Shown here piece after piece: positions 1 through 7,990 of a DNA stretch of 64,000 nucleotides; the first letter of the stretch is position 1, and every line of letters starts with the position of its first letter. A program made the position numbers and the translations under genes. Source of the stretch: a virus (lineage: Duplodnaviria; Caudoviricetes). The notes beneath the pieces are model-generated. The model did not search any database, was not told the origin of the DNA, and saw nothing but the letters and a program-made list of their open reading frames with translations. Location of the stretch: IMG/VR virus record IMGVR_UViG_3300044446_000019, positions 12 to 64,011 of that record; one strand, 5' to 3'.

Positions 1-10
1 GATCGGAGAT

Positions 11-70
11 ATCGATGAACCCCTTTAGTTTCCTGCCATTCCATCGATGAACCCCTTTAGTTTCCTGCCA
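11..70 (+). repeat. 28-bp direct repeat ATCGATGAACCCCTTTAGTTTCCTGCCA x2 (11-38, 43-70), iteron-like
   Basis: Seen directly; mirrored at 57184-57243. Confidence 0.9.
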
Positions 71-106
71 CTGGTACACGGGAGGGGGGGGGTGTAAGGT
101 GGGAGG
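71..106 (+). promoter_or_regulatory. Putative early promoter and RBS (GGGAGGGG spacer motif, -10 TAAGGT, RBS GGGAGG)
   Basis: TANNNT box at 95-100 directly upstream of ATG 107; the spacer motif recurs at other promoters. Confidence 0.55.
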
Positions 107-304
107 ATGGAGATTCAAATACCAGGGGATGTACCTCTGGAAGATCACGACCGGTACGTCCAGGCCTTCTGGTTGGGCTACCGGTTCGTCCGGCTGTACC
201 CGGAGACCTTGAGCATGGATGTGGACACCATTCGCATCAAAAGGGACATCTGGCCCGAAGCGTATGACGCTGGAGTGTCAGCGGCGTGGAAGAAGAAGAA
301 GTAA
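107..304 (+). CDS. Hypothetical protein (65 aa)
   Basis: Strong RBS; abuts the next gene. Confidence 0.7.
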   Translation: MEIQIPGDVPLEDHDRYVQAFWLGYRFVRLYPETLSMDVDTIRIKRDIWPEAYDAGVSAAWKKKK

Positions 305-568
305 ATGGACGAGCCCACCCCCGACTTCCGAGCTGCTCGTCTGGCCCGAGGGATGTCTCAGTCTGATCTTGCTGAACTGATCGGTGTCAGTAAGCAGGCC
401 GTCTCACAATATGAGAACAGGATCAACTTTCCATCAGTGTCCACATTGGAATTGATGGGGATTGCCCTCGGTCAGGACTACTTCGAATACGAGGAGAGGT
501 GTTCAAGATCTACGGGAAACAGGCTCCGCACCCTATCCAATATGAGGTCATCCAGATCAACTGGTTGA
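305..568 (+). CDS. XRE-family helix-turn-helix regulator
   Basis: R..RGMSQSDLAELIGVSKQAVSQYEN...PS HTH_3 pattern. Confidence 0.9.
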   Translation: MDEPTPDFRAARLARGMSQSDLAELIGVSKQAVSQYENRINFPSVSTLELMGIALGQDYFEYEERCSRSTGNRLRTLSNMRSSRSTG

Positions 569-777
569 TCTGCCTTGTTCAACGGGTTTCACCGGTAGAC
601 GGCTATCGCGACACCCTGCGCTGGTTCACGAAGCTCAAACGAGCCGAAGCCTGCGCACAAGGTCTCGCCGCTGGAACTTGGACCCAGCGAGGACCCATCA
701 TGGCAGTGTTTACCCAACCCACCCCTCTGGAGGTATCAAATGACACAACCCAGCACATCCCCGCAGTTTCCTATTGA
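499..777 (+). CDS. Hypothetical protein
   Basis: GAGGAG RBS before GTG; fills the gap between neighbours. Confidence 0.5.
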   Translation: MFKIYGKQAPHPIQYEVIQINWLICLVQRVSPVDGYRDTLRWFTKLKRAEACAQGLAAGTWTQRGPIMAVFTQPTPLEVSNDTTQHIPAVSY

Positions 778-1054
778 TCCCGCCGACATCCTGGAAGCAG
801 CAGCCGACCTCCTGGAGACCAAAGGTTGGATCCAGGGCAGGTCGAAAAACGAAAACGGCTACTGCGCTATGGGAGCCATCAGTGAAGCCTCCGGTCACAA
901 CTATCATCGAATTCTTGCCACCCTCCCAGTTATCGAGATGTGGGCAGCGGCCCTGGTTCATTGGAACGACCAGGAGACCCGCACGGCTGATCAAGTCATC
1001 GACCTAATGAAGCACGCCGCCAAGGACCTACGTAACCGGAAGGAACCAGTGTGA
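740..1054 (+). CDS. DUF6197-like protein, paralog 1
   Basis: ADILEAAADLL..GWIQG...C..GAI...WND..RTA..VI..M.HAAKDLRN pattern shared with the next three genes. Confidence 0.8.
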   Translation: MTQPSTSPQFPIDPADILEAAADLLETKGWIQGRSKNENGYCAMGAISEASGHNYHRILATLPVIEMWAAALVHWNDQETRTADQVIDLMKHAAKDLRNRKEPV

Positions 1055-1437
1055 ATGAGCGTCTTACTGACCCCGCCGACATCCTGGAAGCGGCAGCTGA
1101 CCTGCTGGTCAGTGAAGGTTGGTGCCAGGGTGCCTTTTACCGAGACGAGAAAGGTATGGCTCACGGCAATCTCAGTGAGGCGGTTTCATTCTGTGCCATG
1201 GGCGCGATCCGCATGGTCTCCGGTGTGTACAACCTGGACGGGGAAATAGGTTTCGATGAATCCCGTGCAGCACGTGAAGCACGGGCCGTTCTCCATGCTG
1301 GCTTGAACCGGCCTGTTCCTGGCTTGAACCGGCCTGTTCCTGCCTGGAATGACGAGGCCGGTCGCACTGCCGACGAGGTTGTCGATGCCATGAGGCATGC
1401 AGCCAAGGATTTCCGTAACCGAAGGGAAGCAGCGTGA
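1051..1437 (+). CDS. DUF6197-like protein, paralog 2 (internal 21-bp duplication 1300-1341)
   Basis: Same motifs; GLNRPVP occurs twice. Confidence 0.8.
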   Translation: MNERLTDPADILEAAADLLVSEGWCQGAFYRDEKGMAHGNLSEAVSFCAMGAIRMVSGVYNLDGEIGFDESRAAREARAVLHAGLNRPVPGLNRPVPAWNDEAGRTADEVVDAMRHAAKDFRNRREAA

Positions 1438-1814
1438 ACAACTACCCCACCGACCTAGCTGACATCCTCGAAAAAGCTGTCGAAATCTTGGAAACGGATG
1501 GTTGGGTCCAGGACGCCTATCGCACGGATCCGGACCTCGACACCGGGCGCCGGGCGCATTGTGCCGTCGGAGCGATTCGACAGGCGACCGGTTTCTATCG
1601 GTGGATTGATGTTGCCGAGAATGGTGAGGAGCTGCCTTCTCGTTGGGTAGATGACCAACGGGATCGATCGTTGGTTACAGATTCCGCGATCAACGTTATC
1701 GAGGTCGAAGATCTGATCAGCTACAACGATGACGTAGGCACCAAGGCTGAAGATGTCATCAACCTACTCAAGCATGCGGCCAAGGACCTGCGGAACCAAA
1801 AGGAAGTAGCGTGA
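1434..1814 (+). CDS. DUF6197-like protein, paralog 3
   Basis: Same motifs; GTGA translational coupling. Confidence 0.8.
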   Translation: MNNYPTDLADILEKAVEILETDGWVQDAYRTDPDLDTGRRAHCAVGAIRQATGFYRWIDVAENGEELPSRWVDDQRDRSLVTDSAINVIEVEDLISYNDDVGTKAEDVINLLKHAAKDLRNQKEVA

Positions 1815-2176
1815 AGGATGACTTTGCGGGAGCAGCGGACATCCTGGAGGCAGCCGCCGGCCTCCTAGAGGCCGTGGGTCACTGTAAGCATGCCTCCTGC
1901 GAGGTGGATGCCGACGAAAACGTTACTGCTTACTGTGCCCTGGGTTCAGTGAACGTGGCCGCTCTTGAAATCTGCGGACTCGGATTCTGGAACGTTTGGC
2001 TACCTCTCAGGATCGTCTTTGATTCGGTGAAGGTGGAGCTGTGGGGCAATCCGTTGCTAGACGATATGGAGATAGCCGACTGGAACGATGACCCCGAACG
2101 GGAGCCTTCCGACGTCATTGATCTGTTCAAGCAGGTAGCCAAAGATCTACGCAACGTGCAGAAACAACCTGAGTGA
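1811..2176 (+). CDS. DUF6197-like protein, paralog 4
   Basis: Same motifs (WND, KDLRN). Confidence 0.8.
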   Translation: MKDDFAGAADILEAAAGLLEAVGHCKHASCEVDADENVTAYCALGSVNVAALEICGLGFWNVWLPLRIVFDSVKVELWGNPLLDDMEIADWNDDPEREPSDVIDLFKQVAKDLRNVQKQPE

Positions 2177-2193
2177 CCGATTCGATTGATGAG

Positions 2194-2227
2194 ACCCAGG
2201 ATTTCCCCAGGGAGTCCTGGGTTTTTC
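2194..2227 (+). terminator. Intrinsic terminator
   Basis: ACCCAGGA...TCCTGGGT stem followed by a T run. Confidence 0.7.
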
Positions 2228-2342
2228 TCGTCAGACGGGTCGATCATGACTCATACTTGATCAGCAGAGGGGGGGAGGTCTCCCTGGTAGACGCAACCAC
2301 TCTCAAGTACTTGATTGGGAAACTATTGAAAGGTCAAACACC

Positions 2343-2648
2343 ATGAACCCTGACATGCCAACCTGGCAGAAGCTGCTCTGGGAAGAACTCGACACCCAGT
2401 CAGCAGACAAGCAGTTCGTCACTGCCGGCGAATGGATCAACAACATCACCCGGGTCCTACTGCCTGAGCTAGGAATCCGCCGCCGCGAAAACGTCCTCAC
2501 GCTCCTCGCCCAAGACGGGGCCAACATCGCTACCGTCGCTGGTGAACTGGGCATGCGCCGCACCACCATCTCCAGACTGGTGGACGAGGGCCGCAGCTCC
2601 AGGAAGCAGGCCAGTCTTCGGCGACTCGAACCTGAACAAGCGGCTTAG
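2343..2648 (+). CDS. Probable HTH DNA-binding protein
   Basis: IATVAGELGMRRTTISRL HTH-like segment. Confidence 0.65.
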   Translation: MNPDMPTWQKLLWEELDTQSADKQFVTAGEWINNITRVLLPELGIRRRENVLTLLAQDGANIATVAGELGMRRTTISRLVDEGRSSRKQASLRRLEPEQAA

Positions 2649-2658
2649 AAAGAAGGGG

Positions 2659-2688
2659 TTGCCACTACCCCACCCCTCCCTGTAGTCT
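2659..2688 (+). promoter_or_regulatory. Sigma70/HrdB-type promoter for the RAMP/array operon
   Basis: TTGCCA-18 bp-TAGTCT with ACCCCTCCCTG in the spacer. Confidence 0.65.
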
Positions 2689-2773
2689 GGGGTCATTCAG
2701 GCCCAACAGACAGGCTGGACCCGGCAGGTCGACGCCCACAATCCCTGCCGGGTCCAGTGCACGAGGAGACATT

Positions 2774-2941
2774 ATGAAGCGTCCCCGCCTTCGTAGGGCG
2801 GACGAGTACGACGTTGTCTTGGCCCGCCACTGGTACTGCTATCTCCAGCGGGCTGGCGCCACGTCCAATATCAAGCGACGCATCCGTCGCCGTGAACGCC
2901 AGCAGGGGAAGGTAGAAACTCGTGAGAGAACCCTTGACTGA
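2774..2941 (+). CDS. Small basic phage protein (55 aa; not in the ORF track)
   Basis: GAGGAG RBS; translates as MKRPRLRRADEYDVVLARHWYCYLQRAG...IKRRIRRRERQ. Confidence 0.65.
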   Translation: MKRPRLRRADEYDVVLARHWYCYLQRAGATSNIKRRIRRRERQQGKVETRERTLD

Positions 2942-3230
2942 GATCGCCTGGAAGGCGATCTCAGTGACCCAGACCCGTGCCACGCAGCAGGGTCTGGACT
3001 TTTTTGAGGAACTGAACCGGGTTGGGCTTCTGGCCACAGAACCCCGAATTCGAGAGATCCAAGTACTTGCATTAAGGAATATGTTGGATTATCTGGAAAC
3101 TGGGCTATCGGTCACAGACCTCAACAGAACGTACCAACGTGGAAATTCCAACCCTGCGACGCCGGCCGACACGTACAACGCTGTCCTCAGCTGGATCCGT
3201 ACCTACGTCAATGCCATCAGCAACGACTGA
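2922..3230 (+). CDS. Hypothetical protein (102 aa)
   Basis: GTG start after GAAGG; protein-like composition. Confidence 0.65.
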   Translation: MREPLTEIAWKAISVTQTRATQQGLDFFEELNRVGLLATEPRIREIQVLALRNMLDYLETGLSVTDLNRTYQRGNSNPATPADTYNAVLSWIRTYVNAISND

Positions 3231-3256
3231 TCCTTTCTTCTCAGGTCCTTACTGCT

Positions 3257-3415
3257 CGACTTACCGAACCAGGTTCAGCTCTGCTCCACCCGACATGCCA
3301 CCGCAGCTCTAGTCGTATCTGCGCCATCCGGCTCCGACGAGCCAAATCTCCTCGGCACTTCCCTCCTCCGACGAGCCAAATCTTGTCCCCCCGACCCGAC
3401 GTTCCAAATCGGGCC
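3257..3415 (+). repeat. CGAC-(NNNNC)n array 1 (about 5 units); putative guide-RNA array
   Basis: CGAC at 3257, 3291, 3335, 3369, 3397, separated by 5-nt blocks mostly ending in C. Confidence 0.8.
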
Positions 3416-3448
3416 TTGAGCAACCCCAACCATTTCGAAGGAGGATCA

Positions 3449-4003
3449 GTGACCTCTGTTGAGCCCTACCAGCCACCGCCGAACCGAGACTACGCAGCTG
3501 ATATGCGCAAGTATCTCGACGAGGCGCGCACCGGAGGCGACAGCTACAACGCAGTAACCGCTGCCAGAGAAATTGCTCAGAAGCTACTTCAGGACGATCG
3601 GGAGCTGTATTACGGGTGGCTCGAAGCGCACGCAGAGAGCACTATCCGTACTGCCCTCGCTGCTGCTGATGCAGCCACCCGGGCTCACGCCCGCAAGAGT
3701 CCGGCCTCTGTGTTCGCTGCCGCAGCTGTTGCTGCTGAGGCAGGTGACCCACGGCCACTACGGCAGGGATTCCTGCAAGCCGTCTACACGGTAGACGCTG
3801 ACCACAACAGAAAAGCGTTGAAGGACATGAAGGCCGAGGATCTGAACTTCGTGGCCGCGTTCTATGAGGACCGGGCCCGGAGCCATATGTTCGAGGCTGC
3901 CTTCTTCCGGGCTTTGGCCAAAAAGGTGGAAGATGGCCGGGTCGCTGACAAATTCGACAACATGACACTTTCTGAACTACATAACCAAGTCACCGGTAAA
4001 TAG
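3449..4003 (+). CDS. Helical protein flanked by arrays; candidate partner of the RAMP protein
   Basis: AAGGAGG RBS before GTG 3449 (the ORF track starts at 3383, inside the array). Confidence 0.8.
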   Translation: MTSVEPYQPPPNRDYAADMRKYLDEARTGGDSYNAVTAAREIAQKLLQDDRELYYGWLEAHAESTIRTALAAADAATRAHARKSPASVFAAAAVAAEAGDPRPLRQGFLQAVYTVDADHNRKALKDMKAEDLNFVAAFYEDRARSHMFEAAFFRALAKKVEDGRVADKFDNMTLSELHNQVTGK

Positions 4004-4004
4004 T

Positions 4005-4446
4005 CGACATCTCAGGACGGCACACACCTCTACAACCCCGACCCGACAACACATGTCAACCCGGATCCAACCCGACGAGTCATAACCAACCCACGCGCAC
4101 CCGATCCGACGGGTCTACACATCCCAGGTCCTCTCTGTCCTGTACCGACGAGCCTTTTCACTTCCGTCCATCTCCAACGAGTCCATACGCCCCTAATCCG
4201 ACAAGCCGTGTCAACTCCCCACAAGTCTCGACGGGTCTTCCCGAGACTCCACCATTCCGCTCTCGTCCGACCATCCACCACCCGCCAAAGCCACAACCGA
4301 CAAGTCTCCACCCTCCCTTTCCGAGCCGACATCTCAGAACTCACCGCCCCCCGTCATTTCCGACAAGCCGGGTCTCCTACTTGTCGTTTCCTAACAGCTC
4401 CGACAACACACACCTGCCCCCTGCAATCCCACCCTCTCGACCACCC
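4005..4446 (+). repeat. CGAC-(NNNNC)n array 2 (about 13 units); putative guide-RNA array
   Basis: Tags at 4005, 4044, 4073, 4107, 4146, 4175 (CAAC), 4199, 4229, 4268, 4298, 4327, 4361, 4401, 4438; nearly every intervening pentamer ends in C. Confidence 0.9.
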
Positions 4447-4463
4447 CATGAGGAGAAAACAAA

Positions 4464-5204
4464 ATGTCCGATCGCGTATTCAGTAAATGGGACAACGAGT
4501 CCTACCCGTACCGTTTCAGGGGTCGTCTCGAACTAGGAACCCTGGTTGGTGGTGTACCCAGTGACCCGAAGGTCGCCGAGGGATGGCTGCGTTCCAAGCT
4601 ACAAGACACCGACGACCGGATCCGGGAGATGGTTGCTCAGATCATGGTGGAGCGTTCCACCTCCATGGAGGAGGCCACCGAGATCGTCAACAGTCTCAAG
4701 AACCTGAACGGTTTCAAGCACACGCCCGAGGGTGTCCTCTTCATTGAGGGGCGACAGCTCAAGGCGGCCATCAAGGAGGCCGTATCGATTGCGGTCGCGG
4801 CAAAGAAACTGGAGATGACCGGCTGGGGTGCCACTCGTAAATGGCTCACCAACTTCCTCCCCGAGCATGTGTTCATCCTTGAAGAGACGTTGGAGATTAG
4901 CCAGTGGGCCGCGAACGGCAAAGATAAGGGGGGTGACCTGGTCAAGGTCACCAAGCCGTCGGGGATCTTCCAGCAGTTCGTGCACACTCATCGGGGTTCC
5001 AGTATCCAGTACCAGGAATATGTGACGGGTGCGGTGGTCGAGTTCAATCTGATCTCCGACCACCCGTTCACCACCAAGGACTGGGGCATGATCTGGACGA
5101 CCGGCGAGAAGAATGGTCTGGGTGCTTCGCGTTCCCAGGGTTACGGCACCTATGGCGTGACCCTGTGGGAGAACACGGAGCCGGCAGCAAAGAAGGCTAA
5201 GTGA
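4464..5204 (+). CDS. Stand-alone Cas7/RAMP-superfamily protein
   Basis: N-terminal beta strand (RFRGRLEL), EGVLFIEGRQLKAAIKEA (cf. RAMP pxIPGSSLKGAxR) and C-terminal Gly-rich loop GLGASRSQGYG. Confidence 0.8.
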   Translation: MSDRVFSKWDNESYPYRFRGRLELGTLVGGVPSDPKVAEGWLRSKLQDTDDRIREMVAQIMVERSTSMEEATEIVNSLKNLNGFKHTPEGVLFIEGRQLKAAIKEAVSIAVAAKKLEMTGWGATRKWLTNFLPEHVFILEETLEISQWAANGKDKGGDLVKVTKPSGIFQQFVHTHRGSSIQYQEYVTGAVVEFNLISDHPFTTKDWGMIWTTGEKNGLGASRSQGYGTYGVTLWENTEPAAKKAK

Positions 5205-5467
5205 CGACTCGCCCCGGGTCCAAATATGGGCCCGGGGCCCCTTATCGTTCCGAAAGCATCCGTGACCTGGTCACCTATAGCCGGGGCTACATCTTGGCTC
5301 TGGAAGACGTTTTGCAGGACAACACCATGATTTCCGAGACCCAGCCTGGGTATCGGCCACCATGGCAGCTCATTCAGAAGATTGAGAAGACTCTCAGGGA
5401 TGCGAGGCGCACGTTGGAAATCCTGCTCCACGATCAGGAAGCTGGGGGCTACCCTGATGAACCCTAA
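5201..5467 (+). CDS. Hypothetical protein
   Basis: GTGA coupling with the RAMP gene. Confidence 0.65.
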   Translation: MTTRPGSKYGPGAPYRSESIRDLVTYSRGYILALEDVLQDNTMISETQPGYRPPWQLIQKIEKTLRDARRTLEILLHDQEAGGYPDEP

Positions 5468-5750
5468 ACGCTTCTGGTACTACAGCCCCTTGAGCTACCG
5501 CCCACGTTGGTGGAACATGCTCGGAGTTCCTCATCTAGGTGAGGACGAGTACGGTCGCCGGACCCTCGTTGAAGGATCTTTCCTCACTGGCTATCTGGTG
5601 TGGGCGTTCAAGACCTGTCAGTGTGAAGACTGCGTTGACATCAGGTACGAGACCCAACTGGATGAGCAGTACGAGGTACTGAAGGAGAAATATGGCCAGG
5701 AGTTGGCTGATGAGGTTCGTCTGCGAGAGTTGCAGAAACGGCGAGCATGA
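5457..5750 (+). CDS. Hypothetical protein with CxCxxC
   Basis: ORF; ATG 5457 overlaps the upstream gene end. Confidence 0.6.
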   Translation: MNPKRFWYYSPLSYRPRWWNMLGVPHLGEDEYGRRTLVEGSFLTGYLVWAFKTCQCEDCVDIRYETQLDEQYEVLKEKYGQELADEVRLRELQKRRA

Positions 5751-6022
5751 CCCGTGCCGTGGCGGCAGCTGGTGCGATTGCCACCACCGTGCTCCCCGGT
5801 AACCTCCGCTGCGACAACTTCCCCGAGTGTAGATCTGAGCTGTTTGGTCAAGGCAATGTGACCTTGACCGACGACCGGGCCCGCGCTCGGGGTTGGCATA
5901 TCTATCCGTGGTCGGCTAAGTCCACTGAGGCCCGTCATGTGCTGTGCAAGGACTGCGTTGGCCGACGCATGCGACTGGCCCCAGCGCCGGAAACCCTGTC
6001 CGGACAAGAGGAGCTGTTCTGA
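5747..6022 (+). CDS. Small Cys-containing (Zn-binding) protein
   Basis: CD..PEC...ARARGW...LCKDC. Confidence 0.65.
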   Translation: MTRAVAAAGAIATTVLPGNLRCDNFPECRSELFGQGNVTLTDDRARARGWHIYPWSAKSTEARHVLCKDCVGRRMRLAPAPETLSGQEELF

Positions 6023-6147
6023 TGCCGGGGCCACGTTCATGTCGCTGATCATGGGTTTCTTCCTGGTCACCTGTGGTTGACTCCTCTTCGATGTTGTCAC
6101 CTACCCCTCCCTGGGGTAACAATGGGAGGTACCTAGAAGGAGACAAC

Positions 6148-6471
6148 ATGTCACTGAACGATCTGGCCCTCCAGAACCTGCAACAGCCCTTCGGCCAGGA
6201 AGATCTCGCTGAACTGGGTGCCTCGCTGGCGATGGAGGGCTTCACTCGTGAGCAGGCCCGCAACCTGATCAATTTGGCTCAGCACATCGCGATGCAGACC
6301 ACCCTGAACCTGGCCCCGCAGATGCTGGAGCAGGTCCGGGCGATCAATGCGGCGCGGTTGCAGAACATTTACACCCAGATCCGGATGTTGCCCAATATGG
6401 CTGGTTACGTCTCCCGTGACCGGGTTTTGCAGATTGTTCAGGGCATAACCAACACGCCACCCCGAACCTAA
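6148..6471 (+). CDS. Hypothetical protein
   Basis: AAGGAG RBS before ATG 6148; promoter-like sequence at 6094-6123. Confidence 0.65.
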   Translation: MSLNDLALQNLQQPFGQEDLAELGASLAMEGFTREQARNLINLAQHIAMQTTLNLAPQMLEQVRAINAARLQNIYTQIRMLPNMAGYVSRDRVLQIVQGITNTPPRT

Positions 6472-6479
6472 GGAAACCT

Positions 6480-6926
6480 ATGCAGTTCTCTCGAATGAAC
6501 ACCAAGCTTCTGACCGATGGCGATGAGGTGGAGATGCTCTCCATGCTTCGGGCACTTAAGCAGGTAGTCGCCGAAGCCGGCCCTGACTACGTTTACCAGA
6601 GAAAGGTTGTGGATGGCTTCAACGCCAACCAACCTGCCTGTGTCTATGTGTTCCAGGGTGAGCCCGACTGTCTCGCCGGCCGCGTCCTCGCCAGAATGGG
6701 GGTCAGTACCGAGACCCTTGCAATCTGGGAAGGCAAGCGTTGCACCCAGATGAGTCCGGTCATCTCGACACCACCGGGACTGGGGGTGCTGCCAATCCAT
6801 CTGTCCTATCCCACTCTGAACGTCCTGAGTGTGGCTCAGGACGCCCAGGATGCTGGTAAAACCTGGGCCAATGCCCTTGGAACCGCCCGTGAATTTGCCA
6901 GTATCCATTACGGAGTAAAGGTCTAA
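6480..6926 (+). CDS. Conserved actinophage hypothetical protein
   Basis: PDYVY...CVY...PDCLAGRVL...AQDAQDAGKTWA pattern. Confidence 0.7.
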   Translation: MQFSRMNTKLLTDGDEVEMLSMLRALKQVVAEAGPDYVYQRKVVDGFNANQPACVYVFQGEPDCLAGRVLARMGVSTETLAIWEGKRCTQMSPVISTPPGLGVLPIHLSYPTLNVLSVAQDAQDAGKTWANALGTAREFASIHYGVKV

Positions 6927-7129
6927 TGAACAAGAAGCTTGTACTACTCGCCGTCGCGGGTGTGGGTGTTGCGGGGTATGTGTTCCGCAACGAAATCAGG
7001 ACCAAGGTTCAGGAAGCTATGGAAGGTCTCAGTGAGACTGACATCGTCCAGAGTGCCCTGCTAGCCAGGTTGAACGAGAACGGGAACATCAATCTGTTGA
7101 TCGATGACCCTGATCCTGGGGAACGATAG
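6926..7129 (+). CDS. Small membrane-anchored protein
   Basis: N-terminal hydrophobic helix. Confidence 0.6.
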   Translation: MNKKLVLLAVAGVGVAGYVFRNEIRTKVQEAMEGLSETDIVQSALLARLNENGNINLLIDDPDPGER

Positions 7130-7135
7130 TTAGAC

Positions 7136-7193
7136 ACGGAGGTCCAGTGTGTCGGGGAGACACGTCCCCGGGAAGACCACACTGGGCCTCCGT
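7136..7193 (+). other. Long hairpin preceding array 3
   Basis: ACGGAGGTCCAGTGTG ... CACACTGGGCCTCCGT. Confidence 0.7.
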
Positions 7194-7211
7194 CCTTACC
7201 TGGCACAGACT

Positions 7212-7324
7212 CGACTAGACATCTCCGATCCTCCCATTTCCAACGACTCACCTCAGCACGCCGGCTCCACTCACACCGACTACTCGATGCTGCACTTCCC
7301 CAATCCACCCGGCTCCGACTATCC
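7212..7324 (+). repeat. CGAC-(NNNNC)n array 3 (about 3 units)
   Basis: e.g. CGAC tactc gatgc tgcac ttccc caatc caccc ggctc CGAC. Confidence 0.8.
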
Positions 7325-7338
7325 ACAGAGGAGTACCG

Positions 7339-7707
7339 ATGCCACTACCAGATCCGTACGTCAACGAACCCACCGCTGATCTGGATCCGCACACCTTCGG
7401 TCTGTATATGGAGGCCATGGATGCAATCGCCCAGTGGGACAAGGAAGCCAAGCGTCTGAAAGACCTCCTGATCAAGGAGATCGGTGATGCTCACGCTGGC
7501 CTCATCAACGGCCGCAAGGTGATCTACTACCGGCCAGCCGATCGGTGGGCCGAGGCTCGAATGATCAAGGACTACCCGGATCTGACCGGACACTACATCA
7601 AGCCGAAAGTGACCCAGGTATTTGACCTGGACTCGTTCTCTTCCGCGCACCCCGACATCACCGAACAGTACCGGGTACGGAGTTTCCGGAGCGTGGGCGA
7701 TGTCTGA
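7339..7707 (+). CDS. Hypothetical protein (resembles the C-terminal coiled/beta part of YqaJ-type phage proteins)
   Basis: GAGGAG RBS; LKDLLIKEIGDA..GLING...HPDI.EQY...RSF. Confidence 0.6.
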   Translation: MPLPDPYVNEPTADLDPHTFGLYMEAMDAIAQWDKEAKRLKDLLIKEIGDAHAGLINGRKVIYYRPADRWAEARMIKDYPDLTGHYIKPKVTQVFDLDSFSSAHPDITEQYRVRSFRSVGDV

Positions 7708-7990
7708 TCTTGCTGCCCCCAAGGACTGGTTCTACTACCGTCAGCAGGCCATCGGTCTCCAGCAACAACTGGCAGTAGTCGAGAAGAAAATCCAGCTGAT
7801 CTGGGACCAGGCCATCAGGGCTGCCGCCAACAAGAAGCGCGCCGCCTGGTACGTCATCCTCAAGAATGAGACCACGGAGCACGGGTACGAGTTCAGTACC
7901 TTGAAAGGTGAGCGGACCCTACTCCTGGAACAGATCACCGCCGCCGCGACCATGAGCATCATGTTGTATCAGCAGGGAGAGAACGCATGA
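7700..7990 (+). CDS. Hypothetical coiled-coil protein
   Basis: ORF overlapping both neighbours. Confidence 0.6.
   Translation: MSDLAAPKDWFYYRQQAIGLQQQLAVVEKKIQLIWDQAIRAAANKKRAAWYVILKNETTEHGYEFSTLKGERTLLLEQITAAATMSIMLYQQGENA

Larger units (their letters stand above)
1..110. repeat. Inverted repeat copy (partial, runs off the window start); exact reverse complement of 57144-57253
   Basis: Direct base-by-base comparison, including the G9/C9 run. Identity ends right after the ATGG at 107-110. Confidence 0.97.

Noticed and set aside
4005-4446. Conventional CRISPR array or protein-coding ORFs (4030-4344, 4208-4486)
   Set aside because: There is no identical 23-47-bp repeat, only a 4-nt tag and period-5 C. 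The ORFs lack an RBS and are low-complexity by-products of the array.
3257-5204. TIGR-Tas, diversity-generating retroelement or retron
   Set aside because: No Nop-domain protein or box C/D motifs and no reverse transcriptase in the window.
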